NCBI GenBank assembly: GCA_964016885.1
Contig: OZ024740.1
Span: 408,084,001-408,148,000 of the forward strand
Source of the DNA: Eledone cirrhosa
Taxonomy: Eukaryota
Length of the DNA stretch: 64,000 bases
Direction of reading: 5' to 3'
Positions 13,633 to 27,051 of this stretch are shown piece after piece; position 1 is the first letter of the stretch; every line of letters begins with the position of its first letter. The notes under the pieces were generated by a model. It ran no database searches. It saw only the letters and a program-made list of their open reading frames with translations, and was not told the DNA's origin. The translations under genes were made by a program, and so were the position numbers.

Positions 13633-13796
13633 TTGGTGTTAGGAAAGACATCCAGTCATAGAAACCTCACCAGAAACAGTTCTATATGAGCAAGACACAG
13701 TCACTTGACCCAACTTACCTCAGTTGGGACAACCTGTCTAACCCATGCTAGCATAGAAAATGGATGTTAAATGATGATGATGATGATGATGATGAT
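13633..13796 (+). mobile_element. RTE-type 3' terminus attached to the 48-bp array
   Basis: TTGGTGTTAGGAAAGACATCCAG...CCCATGCTAGCATAG...GTTAAA(TGA)n matches the tail at 43070-43236. Confidence 0.88.
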
Positions 13797-15599
13797 ATAA
13801 CTATGAAAGCTGGTATAATCCTAGTATCATTTGCTGTTCTCAGCACTCTATACCAACATACCTCTTCCAGTTTTTCACCCAACTGATTAGTCATGTTTTT
13901 GTCCCTGATCTGCTTTAATCTTTTGCCTTTGTCATATTCTGTCCTACCTTTATGTCTCTTCACTATGTTTGAAAAACTTCAAACATCAACCTAACTTTAA
14001 TCAAAATGTATTTTTGCATCTAAAAACAGTTCATTTTAAAAATTGAAGAAACAAAACCAGTATATATTGGTCTGTCACAGCATTTTTATATTTAATTTTA
14101 TTCACCTCATTCTATTAGTTTACCCATTATTGTGACTATCTTTTAGTAAATTTTCTTGTTCATTTTACTCTATTTAACAATCCATGCCACCTAGAAAGCA
14201 TCATCATCATCTTCATTTAAATGAACATTAAATGATGATGTTGAATGTGTTCTTTGAGTGGCATGAATTGTTGAATCAGAAACCTACAAATTAGATTTTA
14301 AGTTTATTTGAGCTAACCATGAATTCGTCTTGGGAATAAGGTGTAGTGATATACTTGAAAAAATAATGGTTTATTAGTGTTGAAATTAAAAATGCCAGGA
14401 AATATGAAGCCATTGGCCCTGAAGTGACAGACAACTGGCCATATATCCTGAATTTACATCCTATTTTGATGATCATGGGCAACACATACAGCTCAGCTAG
14501 TTTCGAGCTAATGAAGGAGGCTGCAAGATGATTGATTGACTTACTAGAAATAGCAGCCAAATTCCCTCAAACTTACATTGTTAAAAAAACAACACATTGG
14601 GTAATGTGGTCCCTTATACACCAAAAACGGCAGTGTGGTTGTGATAGGAATTATCATATTGTCTCAATTTCCCTGCCTAGTGTATTGTACACTTACTTTG
14701 CAATTAAATTGTTAGTTCTGTAAAAAAAAAAAAAAAACTGTTGAAGGGCATTCAGCTGTGAAAATAATTTGCGCTAACAACATGTAGCTTACACAAAACA
14801 TTCCAGTCTTATTAAAATTGAAAAATAGATATATAATGCTAAAAGATGGAAGAAGTTTCACAAGTGTTTTCAAAGTGGTTACCTGTGTAAACTGATGTAA
14901 ATTCTTTTGTGGTATTTATCACTATTCAAACTTAATAGATAAGCTCTGCCATTCAATAAACACACCAATAAAATGAGTACTTGTCTAAGTATGGTTGCAG
15001 TCATGTGACTAAAACCAGCTGAAGAATAAATGATTAAAATAACTAGAAGAAATTCTAGCAAATTTTTTATGATAGTTTTTTAGTACATCTATTTTCATTT
15101 TTATCTTTAACTTTCAAAAAATGGTAAACCATTAAATTTTGGTTGGAAAATAAATTGAATTTGTTGACATTAGAGATTTTCCTCATGAATATAACCCTTT
15201 CATTACCATATTTCTCATTATGAAGCTGGTGTTTGGAATATAAATTGACTAAAGTTTTTACATAAAATTAGGAATTTTAAGCACTTTTAAAAAACAGCTT
15301 TTTATTATAGAACCATAGGCAGTATCAGGCAGTTTATTATCCAAAGGAGTCACTTAATTTATTGACACATATGGCTGCAAAGGAATCAATATTGCATAAA
15401 GGTTTATAGATTTTTTAAATGAAGAATGTTTTCCCCACCTTGCTGTCATGGATGAATGGTTAACATATTGAAACCGAAGGCAGTGAATAATAAGATGTAT
15501 GACTTGAAAGCTGAAAACTGCTTGTGACGACATCTGAATATTTAAGTAGAAAGACAGATAAGAAATTCAGATAGTGTAGTGGATAGTTAAGCATTCCTT

Positions 15600-16482
15600 A
15601 AGTATCACTCCTTGCATGCCACCAATGACTGTGGTTGGAGACCTGTGCAGTGCAGAATGATGTTTTCAATAAATTGTGCAAGTAATGGTACAAAATATTG
15701 GAGTCACCTTATCACACCCATCCATTGTTGCACACAGAGCCTTGCCTGGGATGTTAAGGTTTCAAGGTCGTTAAGTGTGCATGAATCTTTAAGATTGGGG
15801 CAAACTAGGAGGTGCTCCATAGTTTGTAATTGCCCACATTGTCAGTTGGAATCATCATCAGTGGCATATCCCCATATCTGAAGGCTGGCTGTACAGTGAC
15901 CAACAGCTGTTTGGAAGTGATTCAGGCAGGACCAGAAGGGCCAGGCATCACTGGAGCCAGAGGGGAGGGATTCTGTAGGGCTGAGAGAGAACCTGTGTTC
16001 CACGTTGTTAAGCACCACAGAGACAGGTACTGACTAGAAGCTCTGTTGTTTGACTGAGTGTAGAAAGCTGAGTCCTGATTTGAGCCTCTTTGCTATTTGT
16101 TCACAGCCATGGAGTAGATGACGAGGCTCAGTTTCCTGCTTCAACTTCTCAAGTTGGGAGTTGACTATCCTGCCAATGTCACTAAGTAAGTAGAGGTCAT
16201 TCACTTTGGTTCATTTGAGACACCCAGTGATTGATCTGCAAGAGGCGTTTAGGGCAGAGTCAATTTTCTGTGTATGTGATGATCTGCTCCACAGTGGTGA
16301 GGTATATTCTGCTGTTGAGTAGCTAAGGGCTAGGGCTTTGGTGCGGATTGTACCAGCATAGGCACAGCATTTTGGTGTTAGCCAGCTTGTTTAGGATGTT
16401 GTTTCTTGATCTGACTTCGGCTTTAGTCTTTGCAATATAGTCCTTGTCTGTAAGGGACCAGTCCAGAATGACCCCCAAGGTT
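15600..16482 (-). mobile_element. Decayed non-LTR retrotransposon 3' half, Ingi/Vingi-like
   Basis: Manual minus-strand translation gives LGVILDWSLTDKDYIAKTKAEVRSRNNILNKLANTK / IRTKALALSYSTAEYTSPLWSRSSHTQKID (frameshifted RT thumb region). Clade call is from remembered similarity. Confidence 0.75.
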
Positions 16483-16510
16483 CAAAATATTGAAGTGATT
16501 TGAGAATCAA

Positions 16511-16747
16511 TTAACCATTTTAATACCAATCCAATCAAAATCAGCTCTGGTGCTGTGAAACAAACCACCCATCATAAAGGAGTTTTATGTAAATTAATAC
16601 CTTTCGACATAATTTTATATAAGAACAATTCATTACAAACACTATATTAATATAGCAATAATTAATAATTTAAATATATCCCCCCAAATTCTTCATTAAT
16701 TAATTCAAATATAGTGTGTCTTAGAAATATAGTAATAAAAGGGTTAA
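16511..16747 (-). mobile_element. piggyBac-type MITE family 2
   Basis: TTAA-CCATTTTAATACC ... AGTAATAAAAGGG-TTAA. Related pieces at ~2867-3050, 15192-15350, 39003-39188, 41613-41810 and 45330-45540. Confidence 0.6.
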
Positions 16748-19669
16748 GTAGTGCAAGCCTATTTCCAGGGAATCTGACTGTACTAATTGAAAACAGATAT
16801 TACAAACTGGATGAACTAGTGCTGTAAATTAGTGGTGTGAGATACTTTGGAAGAATTAGAGCAAAGAGAACTTAAAACGAAATTTAGATTGGTTACACCT
16901 GATAATATTAAACAGAGTCTTGTGATAGTAATCTACTCTTAGCTCATCAAGTACACAGAACACATTGCAATATATATGTGAACACCTAATTGGGCCCCCA
17001 CACCTCCTAAGGTCAGCTCTAATATTAGGCCTTATAATGAAATGACACAGTTAAGAAGAAAGAAAATATTGAATTGAAGCCAATGCAGAATAATTGATGT
17101 TAAAGTATTGGTTGCAGTGAATAAGATTTACTCCAAATTTCCAAACAATGTTTACTTATATGTTTACTTTTTGGTTGCTTACTGAAAATGATTGCAAAAT
17201 TTTATAACCATTAAAAACAAAATAAAAAATAATATAAGAAAAGATTTATAGAGATTATTTTTTGTTTGTCTGACTATCAGGTTCTATCATCTGATCATGT
17301 ATAAAGTTGGTTAAGCATTACTGACACAGCTTCCAGCAAGTCACATATATATTTTTGGCAAAAAATATTGACTAGTTGTAAGACTTGAAAGCTGTTTATT
17401 GTCACGAACTGAGATATATTTATATTTGTCATGTATATAACTGCTGTGTATAACTTAGAAGTTACTAAAAAGTTACCGGAGCAAATTATTCTTACTGAAT
17501 TCTTGCTATGATCAGAAATATATATATATTTTTTTTTTTGAGAATTTTTTTACAGAATATTTTACCTCTTGAAATGAAAATAGACCAATTATATATCTAA
17601 ATAGCCACACAATGTGTTTACCAGACCTTTTCTGCGTTATTTTACCAAATATTTTCTCATACACACATAGCTTTTTTTTTTAATTCTTTCACACAGTGTT
17701 GGATAAATGGATATCTTTCTGCTAACATCCAACATGAAGTATCGAATCTGTTATTAATCAGACTTAAGCATGTAGAGTTGTGTGACTTTACCAAGAAAAC
17801 AAAATATTGGCTAGAGCAAAGTTTGAGCTCGAGTCCATGTGGTTAGTAGTCCATTATCTTAACATCACAATCATTGTATTTCATTAAAAGGGACACTAAG
17901 ATATAGTCTTAAAATTATTAGCTATAGTGTATCATCTAATTAGGGATCTATTTAAGACTTTTTGTGTCTGAGAGATACTCTCAGTAATGGAAGGACTAAG
18001 AGAGTATGTGACATTGTTGTGTAATTAAACCCAACCAGTTATTTTTATAATTTTTTTGAGAAATCAAACAAATTAATTATTTCTTACCTGGTGATGTCAA
18101 TAATCCTGAGAATGATGGTGACACATTTTGAATCAATAAAAGGAATGTCTTTAATCATGTCTGTTTGATCAAGTGTGACCTAGAGTTAAACACCAAATAA
18201 CAACCACTGTCTCCCAAATACACCGATCATCTCTCAATGTCTTTTAGATACATCATACCTCTACTATCAACTTCTATCTTTCTAAATTGATCTCAGTCTA
18301 CTTCAGGCAGAACTAGTGCTAAGAAAACTGATCAGGCAAAAATACTGACGGTATTTGCATATCATCATTTATGGAATTTATATTTTGCGACCAATTGTCT
18401 ATATTGACAGCTACATGGCTACGAAAATTATCCTCAAATATCTTTACTCTCTGTCTCCCTACCACACCAGTCATCTAACAGTCTTATCCATAAGAAAATA
18501 AACAACTATAGCTCTAGTTATTCTGAAAATCTAGCAGTTGCAGTTGAATTATGCTTTACTTTCGAGGTCTAATAAGACTAAAACATGTTTAGAGTTATCA
18601 CTGCACTGTCAAACACCAGGCTCACTCTCCATTGCATTCTATATTTAATTAAATTGTATTAATTATAATTTCGGGTTTGTCTTCTTTGCCTTTTTTTTTT
18701 ACCAGGGTTAGGGTTAGGGCATTTAGATAATAATTAGAGTGTAATTTTAATTAATAAAATGTTTCATGTTTCATTGCCCACTACCTGAAGTATGCTAGCA
18801 CCCAATAAATTGATACAAACTGCCAAACAAAGGATAAAGAGGTCTCTTCAGCTGCATCAGAGTCATGACAACCTTTCCAGTATTGGTGATCTTCACAATA
18901 AATGCACCCAATTCACTCTGTAAAGTGGTTGATTATGGGAAGGGCATCCAGCTGAACAAAACCTGCCAGACAAAGGGCCAAGAAGACTCTTCAGCTGTGT
19001 CAAAGACATGAAAACCTCTCTTCTGTTGATGCCATGGTAGATCATGGGAATATTTTGAAAGCGAAATGTGGGCCCTCAGCTCACCAGAGATCCCTGTAGA
19101 GAACAGAAACATAAATAAGCAAGCTGGAGGCCTCCAGTTCATTTGAGAAGTCAGTAACTCCATTTGAATATTGACTATGTAGCAACCCATCCAAACATTG
19201 CTAGTAGGGAAAATGGACGTTAAATGATGATGATGATAATTCCTAACACATTGTGTCACTTATAATTCTTTAGGCCACAATATATTGTTTACAGCAGAGT
19301 TTGATGTATAGCAGCAGTTGTTTGCTTAGTTATCATTTCCATATTGTTGAAGACTGTTATGCAAATTACATCTGATATATATCTGCTGATAAAATATGTT
19401 ATGTCTTTTCAAACTCTTTGTGTGGCTTTCATGCTTTCCCTTTTTAAGCTTCACCATGTTAATGTTGTTCTCATTTAGCTCCAGGTCATGATCAAACAAA
19501 CCTATAATCAAAGGTGTTCCAGTTATTATTATGCCATTCTTTTTCTCAGTCATAGTATTATTAATATTATCAAAACTATATTCTCCAATGTGTAATTCGT
19601 TTTTAAGATGAAAAGATTTGATATAGATTTTACTGTTATTTGTAACATGCAATTTAGTGAAGTATGTGA

Positions 19670-20430
19670 TGAGGTGGAGAGAAGAGAGAAGTGGCTGTGT
19701 GCATTGTGCAAGAAGGGTGTTGAAGTGAACATCATTAAGTATGATATGGGGAGGGGGTGATGTGATATCGAAAATGTAGTGTTGTAAGAAATTATTAAAT
19801 AATATGACAGCTACATCCATGTATAAAATGTGTATGAGTGAAAGCTACAGATGGAAAAGATGTTGAGCAGGATCGCAAAAATGGCGTGAAGATAGATGTG
19901 AAAACATTTTGTTACATAAGAGAAATGTTGAATGGCAAAAGTGGAGGGGACTTAGGGATGGAGGCTTGAATGAGATGTGCATGAAAAAAGTTCTGGGAAC
20001 TAAATGCTTGCTTATGAGGAGGGGAGTGTCACTGAAACTAAAGGGAAAGGTATATGTTGAAGTGTGGGAAATGCCATGATTTATGAAAGTGAGATGTGTG
20101 ATAAACATGGAATTGTAGAGAATGTTGGAAAGAATGGGGATGAGAATAATTTGGTGGATAAGTGAAGTATTGATCAGAGAGAGGAAGTAAAATAATAACA
20201 GAAGATGATGTGAATAGAGTCTGATGAATGTTGCAAAGAGATCGCTGAGTCGCGTGTTGAAGGATGACATTGACTGAATGAGGAGGGTAGAAGGAAGTAG
20301 AGGGAGGGCAAGAGTAAAAAAGACATGGCTAATGATGAGGGAGGAGGAAATGAAAACCAGAGGATTGACGAGAGGGGATATAGAGTATAGAGTTAAATGG
20401 ATGAGCTTGTTGCTTGCAAGGCTAACTCCA
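19670..20430 (+). mobile_element. Old decayed RTE LINE fragment
   Basis: KWLCALCKKGV (PHD-like start) at ~19690 and an RRGVSLKLKGKVY-like segment at ~20020, homologous to KGFSLKMKGRLY. Confidence 0.65.
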
Positions 20431-20452
20431 GCTTTAGGAGGGAAAATCACTT

Positions 20453-20677
20453 TTAACTCTTTAGCATTTAAACTGGCTGCATCCGGCCAGAATTCTCTCA
20501 CTTCTTTCTGTTCAAACCAACTGTAACCGGCCACTCATATTGATGTTAAAGTATTGTTCTCAAAATGAATATGAAAATCTCATAGATTTGATATCATATG
20601 AGATATTATGTGCAGTAAAGCCTTTACTGCAAAAATACAATAGTAAATGTAGAGCAATGTAAATGCTAAAGGGTTAA
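20453..20677 (+). mobile_element. piggyBac-type MITE family 1
   Basis: TTAA-flanked; TIR matches the family consensus CCCTTTAGCATTTA (left copy reads CTCTTTAGCATTTA). Confidence 0.85.
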
Positions 20678-20889
20678 GAGGGAAAATGGTCTTTAACTGC
20701 TTGTTATTGTTGTTTGTTGTTTGTAGTAAATTTAGCAACCAATTAGAGGCTTTCTCTTTGTCTCAATCCAAGATCAATATGCATGTTCCATGTGATCTGT
20801 GTAATTATACAAAGTCTTTGGGAAAATGTCTAAGTTTTGAAACTGAATAGTAGAAAAATGCATACTTTCATCAAATCAATCTTTCTATA

Positions 20890-21093
20890 TTAACCCTTTA
20901 GCATTTAAACCGGCCATATCCGGCCAGAATTCTCTCATCTTTTAATCAGCTACTCATGCTTATGTTGAGGTATTAAATAAATAATATCAAAATCATGTAG
21001 ATTCGATATTATGCGAGATAATTATGTGAAATAAAGTGTTTATCATAAAAACATAGTAGTATATATAGAGTAATGTAAATGTTAAAGAGTTAA
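20890..21093 (+). mobile_element. piggyBac-type MITE family 1
   Basis: TTAA-flanked copy with an internal deletion. Confidence 0.82.
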
Positions 21094-21989
21094 AATGAAT
21101 ACATTTTGATCTAAATTCATGAAAATCTTTACTTCTAAATCTTTTATTTCTTTTATTGAGATTTATATAATGACGAAGACATGAGATGATGAAGACTTTT
21201 GTATTAAAAGAAGTAATTTACTAAAATGACTCAGCCTAGCTAGGATTGAAACCTTAAGTGTTCATGTCAAATGTTTAATCATATTAAAGTTTTAATGCAG
21301 ATTTTTACTGCTGCAATTACTGCATAATCTACCTCTACGCTTTTGTTATAGTCTTTGACATTTTTGTTCTCCTCCCACTTCTTTCCATAGCTTTAAGTTT
21401 GTGTTTATATATATATATATCTTTATACATATAAATTTTCTTTTTTCAGAAATCACCTTTAAATTGCGTAAAGTACATTATTACTTGTGTACATTTTTGT
21501 GTTTTTCAGTTGCACTTTACATTAGCATTTCATCATTCACTCATAACAACATTTATAATTCTGTTAACATTCTGAAAATTTGGATATTCTTTTTCTTCTG
21601 TCATTTCTCAAAGATATCACAGCTTTGATCCCTTTACAAAATATTCAAATGTTTAACTGTGAATTTTTTTCACTTAGAAAACTTGACTTTGAATGGTAAA
21701 ACATCTGCTTCTGAGCATTTTGCATCACTCACAACAATCTCTATCTCCCCCCTCTCTCTCTCTTTTTCATCCCCTCCATTTTCTCTCACTTAAACACACA
21801 TGCTTTTTTCTACAGATTATATTTATAGATATTATATTTACCATTACTCTTAGTACATCAAGTAATGTTTTGTATGTCAGCATTCACCCCTATATCTGAA
21901 GATATATCTTCTGGTTCACTCTCCAACTATTTTATTGTTTATGTTTATAGAAATATTCTATATTTTTTCACTCACTAACTTATAGGAAA

Positions 21990-22270
21990 GGCAGCGAATT
22001 GGCAGAGTCGTTAGAATATCATAAAATGTTTTATGGTATTCGTTCTGGCTCTCTTAGTTCAAATCCTGCTGAGGTCAACTTTGCTTTGTTCCTTTTGAGG
22101 TTGATAAAAAAAAGTACCAGTCTAGTACTGGGGTCGATTCTTCCTCTATCTGGAAGAAATCTATTGTACTCAGGCCTGGAGAGGGATGGGCTCCACCAGG
22201 TTTAAAATGCCAAAGAAACGCTGTATGTCAATACAGCATCCCTAAGACTCTATCAGGAGTTACGGGACCA
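21990..22270 (+). mobile_element. SINE family B variant
   Basis: TTGGCAGAGTCG A-box, GTTCAAATCC B-box, core, and tail resembling 411-710. Confidence 0.7.
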
Positions 22271-22554
22271 TACACAACTTATAGAAAGTATAACATCTAA
22301 AACAGTTTTGAATTTATAATCTGATGCTGCAAAAAATAAATGGATATATTATAGTTTGCATATTTATCTGTCTTTGGGACAACTAAATATTGAAAAGTTT
22401 TGAATTTATCTTTTTATATTATAGAATGTTCAGTATTGAATATGGGATTGTATACTATTCCTTGACTATATTCAGAAAACAGGCTTTCATATGATTGTCA
22501 CTCTTTGTTATACATAATTATTTATTTATCTTGTGAACTTTTACACTTTACCAG

Positions 22555-22729
22555 TGTCATTAGCCCTAGAATATATCGCTGCTCATTGCTATCAGAGCGA
22601 AGCTGGCTGCCTGCATGTGCCAACTCTGCAAAGTGGACTGGCTGTTGCAGTGTGTCTCCCTCACCATCCTCTAGGGAAACGTCTTCTCCATCCTGTTGGC
22701 TGGGACCACAACGCAAACAACATATTAGG
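22555..22729 (+). CDS. Candidate internal coding exon of an unidentified host gene
   Basis: Unique, GC-richer island. Acceptor CTTTTACACTTTACCAG| and possible donor GG|GTAGGA bracket the open frame SLALEYIAAHCYQSEAGCLHVPTLQSGLAVAVCLPHHPLGKRLLHPVGWDHNANNIL. Protein not recognised. Confidence 0.45.
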
Positions 22730-23219
22730 GTAGGAGTAGGGTGGCAGTCTTCAGACTTTTACACTTTATAATCTCAACAGATTATTTTTCAAGAGCATCA
22801 AACAAAATGTTTTACAGTATTTAGTCAAGGTTGACTTTGTCTTTCTTCATTGGATCAATATTATAAGAAGCAGTTAAATACTGCTTTCATATAACCCACT
22901 GTTCCTTGTGTTGATGTTGGAATTCTATATAGTCTCTTCTTGTTATTTTTTATATTCCAATCCTTAATTGTAAATGAGGTTGGTGCTAGGAAGGGCATCC
23001 AGCTGTAGAAACCAAGCTAGAAATCAGTTCTGTATGGGCAAGACATGGTCATCTGACCTGGCATTGCTCACAACAGGATAACTTGTCTAATCCATGCCAG
23101 CATAAAAAATGGACATTAAACATTACTGATGATGATGAAATTAGCTGTGCTCAAGCCATGTTTAATGATACAGTGGCCAGTGCTCACAGTTTTCCCCCTC
23201 ACAGCTAGAACCAGTGAGG

Positions 23220-23437
23220 TTAACCCTTTAGTATTTAAACTGGCTGTATCCAGTCAGAATTCTCTCACCTCTTTCTATTCAAACTGGCTGTAACTGGCCA
23301 CTCATATTGATGTTAAGGTATTGTTCTCAAAATAAATGATACCAAAAATCTCATAGCTTCAAGATAATGGTGTGAGGTAAAGCCTTTACTGTGAAAATAT
23401 AATAGTAAATATAGTTATGTAAATGCTAAAGGGTTAA
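23220..23437 (+). mobile_element. piggyBac-type MITE family 1
   Basis: TTAA-CCCTTTAGTATTTA...TAAATGCTAAAGGG-TTAA. Confidence 0.87.
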
Positions 23438-23806
23438 ACCAAGATGAGGGTGGTAGTGGTGGAGCTGGTGGCAGTGACAGTGGTGAGGAAGAAATAGAAA
23501 TAACCAGTGTGTGGAATGAAAACAGAAGCTATCTTCATCATTTAATGTCCATTTCTCCCTGGTTCCATGAGTTCAATGGTATCATCACTAGCCAAGTCAG
23601 TATTTAAGCAGTGCTACTGACATCTTAGGTGGGCCGGGTTGGGTGGGCACATCTTGCTATCTTTATAATAATTGTTTCTACTTTTTGGCACAAGGCCAGC
23701 AATTACCCAGGGCCGTAACTCTATGCGTCAAAGCATGGCGTCTGACTCTCTACCGATACTGCCACCGTTTCTTACTCATACTGAACTGTTTTTGGCTTAT
23801 ATATAT

Positions 23807-24130
23807 ATGGCTTAGTGGTTAGAGCATTGGCCTTGCAATCGAAAGGTTGTGAGTTCAATTCTCAGACCGGGTGATGTGTTGTGTCCTTGAGCAAGACACT
23901 TTATTTCACATTGCTCCAGTTTACTCAGCTGTAGAAATGAGATGATAGGACTGGGGTCCCTATCATTCCACTGCAAAGTGGTCATGGAGGTGCCATGGCA
24001 AAAAAGCACCCAGCACTCACTGTAAATGAGGTTGGTGTTAGGAAGGGCATCCAGCTGTAGAAATCAAGCCAGAATCAGTTCCTGTCCCACCCTTGCAAGC
24101 AGGGAAAAGCGGACGTAAAATGATGATGAT
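23807..24130 (+). mobile_element. SINE family A in (TA)n
   Basis: Near-identical to 10710-11044. Confidence 0.92.
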
Positions 24131-24307
24131 AATATATATATATTCTCTAATTAAAAACACAGCCAACACTCTACAGTAAAACTAAATGTGTGCACTCTGA
24201 ACAGGTGACTGCAGCTGCATAACTGAAATTCACTAGATTTGTTGAGTGAGCTAGAAGCTGGCCGAAAGACGCTGTATTTATACCAGCGATCTTCGTTTAT
24301 ATATATA

Positions 24308-24620
24308 TCATCATCATCCTTTTACGTCTGCTTTTCCCTGCTTGCAAGGGTGGGATGGGAACTGATTCTGGCTTGATTTCTACAGCTGGATGCCCTTCCT
24401 AACACCAACCTCATTTACAGTGAGTACTGGGTGCTTTTTTGCCGTGGCACCTCCACGACCACTTTGTAGTGGAATGATAGGGACCCCAGTCCCTATCATC
24501 TCATTTCTACAGCTGAGTAAACTGGAGCAATGTGAAATAAAGTGTCTTGCTCAAGGAAACACCACATCACCCCATCTGAGAATTGAACTCACAACCTTTC
24601 GATTGCAAGCCATGTGCCTC
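24308..24620 (-). mobile_element. SINE family A, inverted relative to its neighbour
   Basis: Reverse complement of family A, with a small deletion in the head. Confidence 0.92.
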
Positions 24621-25271
24621 CTTATAAACTTAAAACATCATATTGATCTTTAATATTTGGTGGTTGTTTCTAATTAAACTTTAGAATTTTCACAGGGTCA
24701 GCTAGTATAGTAAAATGATGGTATTTACAATTAAGCAAGATGTAAGCCTCAAGATAAGACTTCAAGTTTACAACATAATTTCATTTCTTACTTTGAAACA
24801 TTTTACATCACTCATAATTCTAACACCTTCTTAGAAACACATCAATTTCTCATATCTTCTCCATCAAAATATCTATTGGTACCAAGTTAACTAATTCTAA
24901 CCATAAAAATCATGCATTTTTATGGCTTTTTAATCTTGCTACAGGCAGAGACCATTATATTTCTTTTCATCTGCTCACAAAAGAATATTTTTAAAGGAAT
25001 ACATACCTGGAAAGAAGTCATCATCTTATATAATATTTTGGGGAGAAATGAGAATATTTCTATGCATGTCATTAGGGTTTGAGAGTTGTTTGAGTGGGTG
25101 GGGAACATGATTGAGAGTTCTATTGTAACTGCAGTTGCTAAAAGCTATCATTCAAAATATTCAAATTATATAATGGAGAAAAACATAAAATGCATTTAAA
25201 TCTTGTAATTTTTATGGGTTAGTATCATCACTATAATCCTTATAGTCATCAATATTACTACTATCATCATG

Positions 25272-25664
25272 GAGGCACATGGCTTAGTGGTTAGAGAATT
25301 GGCCTTGCAATCGAAAGGTTGTGAGTTCAATTCTCAGACCGGATGATGTGTTGTTTCCTTGAGCAAGACACTTTATTCCCCATTGCTCCAGTTTACTCAG
25401 CTGTAAAAATGAGATGATAGGGACTGGGGTCCATATCATTTCACTGCAAAGTGGTCGTGGAGGTGCCACGGCAAAAAAGCACCCAGCCCACACTGTAAAG
25501 TGGACGTGGAGGTGCCACGGCAAAAAAGCACCCAGCCCACACTGTAAATGAGGTTGGTATTAGGAAGGGCATCCAGCTGTAGAAATCAAGCCAGAATCAG
25601 TTCCCGCCCCACCCTTGCGAGCAGGGAAAAGCGGACATAAAATGATGATGATGATGATGATGAT
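25272..25664 (+). mobile_element. SINE family A with two tail modules
   Basis: Full head and a duplicated GGTGCCACGGCAAAAAAGCACCCAGCCCACACTGTAAA module. Confidence 0.92.
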
Positions 25665-25889
25665 CATCATCATGAGGACCACCACCACTGCCACCAGGTT
25701 AACATGTTTTTATTTTCTTCTATGCTGCATTAACTGAGTACCCGCCCATAACCGCCCACTTACAGACATCCCTGTTTTACAAATACATCTCTCTAAACAA
25801 TTTTCTTAGTGCGCCAACTCCAAATTCTATTGCTGAACAACTATGAAATGAGATCTAATTCTGGTTTTGATAATGGTACTAATTATTAT

Positions 25890-26690
25890 TAATTGTTTCT
25901 ACTTTTGGCACAAGGCCAGCAATTACCCAGTGCATTACTGGTACTTTATTTTATGGACCCCCATAAGGATGAAAGGCAAAGTTAACCTCGGCGAGATTTG
26001 AACTCAGAATGTAAAGGGCCATAACTCTATGCTACAAAGCATGGTGCCTAACACTACCGATACTGTCAATTATTAATATGAATAAAAACGATGGTAGAAT
26101 TGGTAGATTGCTTAACAAAATACTTTAATGCATTCAGTTATATCCTTTCATGTTCTAAGTTGAAATCTCATCAGGATCAACTTTGTATTTCAACCAATTA
26201 CGTTCTTAGGTCAGTTCTATTGTCTGACTTCTCTACTAAAGATTTGTGGCCATGTGTCAACAAAATTAGAACATCGGACAACATGCTTTGCGGCATAGAG
26301 TTATGGCCCTTTATAGTCTGAGTTCAAATTCCGCTGAGGTTAGCTTTGCTTTTCATCCTTAAAGGGGTCAATAAAATAAAGTACCAGTTTAGCACTGGGT
26401 CGATTTAGTTTATTTTCCCCTTTCCTTCAAATTGTTGGCCTTGTGCCTTAATCAGAAACCATTATTATTATTTTTATTATTTTTATTGGCAATATCGGTA
26501 AAGTGTTGGACATCATGCTTTGGAGCTTATAGTTACAATCCTTTATGTTCTGAGCTCAAATTCAGCCAAGTTTAACTTTGCTTTACATCTTTACTGGGTT
26601 GATAAAATAAAGTACCAGTGATTCACTGGATTGATTTAATCGACTTTCCCTTCCTCTTCAAATTACTGGCTTTGTGCCAAAAGTAGAAAC
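25890..26690. mobile_element. Cluster of SINE family B copies (~25890-26070 minus; ~26272-26470 and ~26487-26690 plus)
   Basis: Repeated family B core and GGCCTTGTGCC...AGAAAC tail. Confidence 0.82.
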
Positions 26691-27051
26691 AAACAGCCTG
26701 CTCATGAAAGTAAGGCACAAGTGGCTGAGTATTCCACCCTCACAGCTACCCTTAGTTCTCATGGAGATTCAACATGATAGTGCGTGACAAGGCTGGCCCT
26801 TTGAATTATAGTAACAAATCATTTTTGCTATGACTGTGCTGGAGCAATGTGAAATAAAGTGTCATGCTCAATGACAAACCATTAATCCTCTACCATCCAC
26901 ATTTGGAGGGTAGAGTGGTAAAAATAGTAAAGTACAAGACTTGTGGTAGTCAGCATCATCTTAAATCCTGTTTAAATAGACTTTACCTTTCTTCAATAAA
27001 ATTAATATCAATCAAAATCTTTGTGATAAATTATGATCAACCTAATCTTAA

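Noticed and set aside
11941-13689. Long ORFs of 380, 466, 146 and 168 aa
   Set aside because: Artefacts of a stop-free 48-bp (16-codon) tandem repeat, open on both strands.
18704-18719. Telomeric TTAGGG repeats
   Set aside because: Under three units; too short to call an interstitial telomere.
22522-22771. Alternative ORFs (minus 64 aa and plus 88 aa) over the candidate exon
   Set aside because: Overlapping shadows; the splice signals fit the 22533 frame best.
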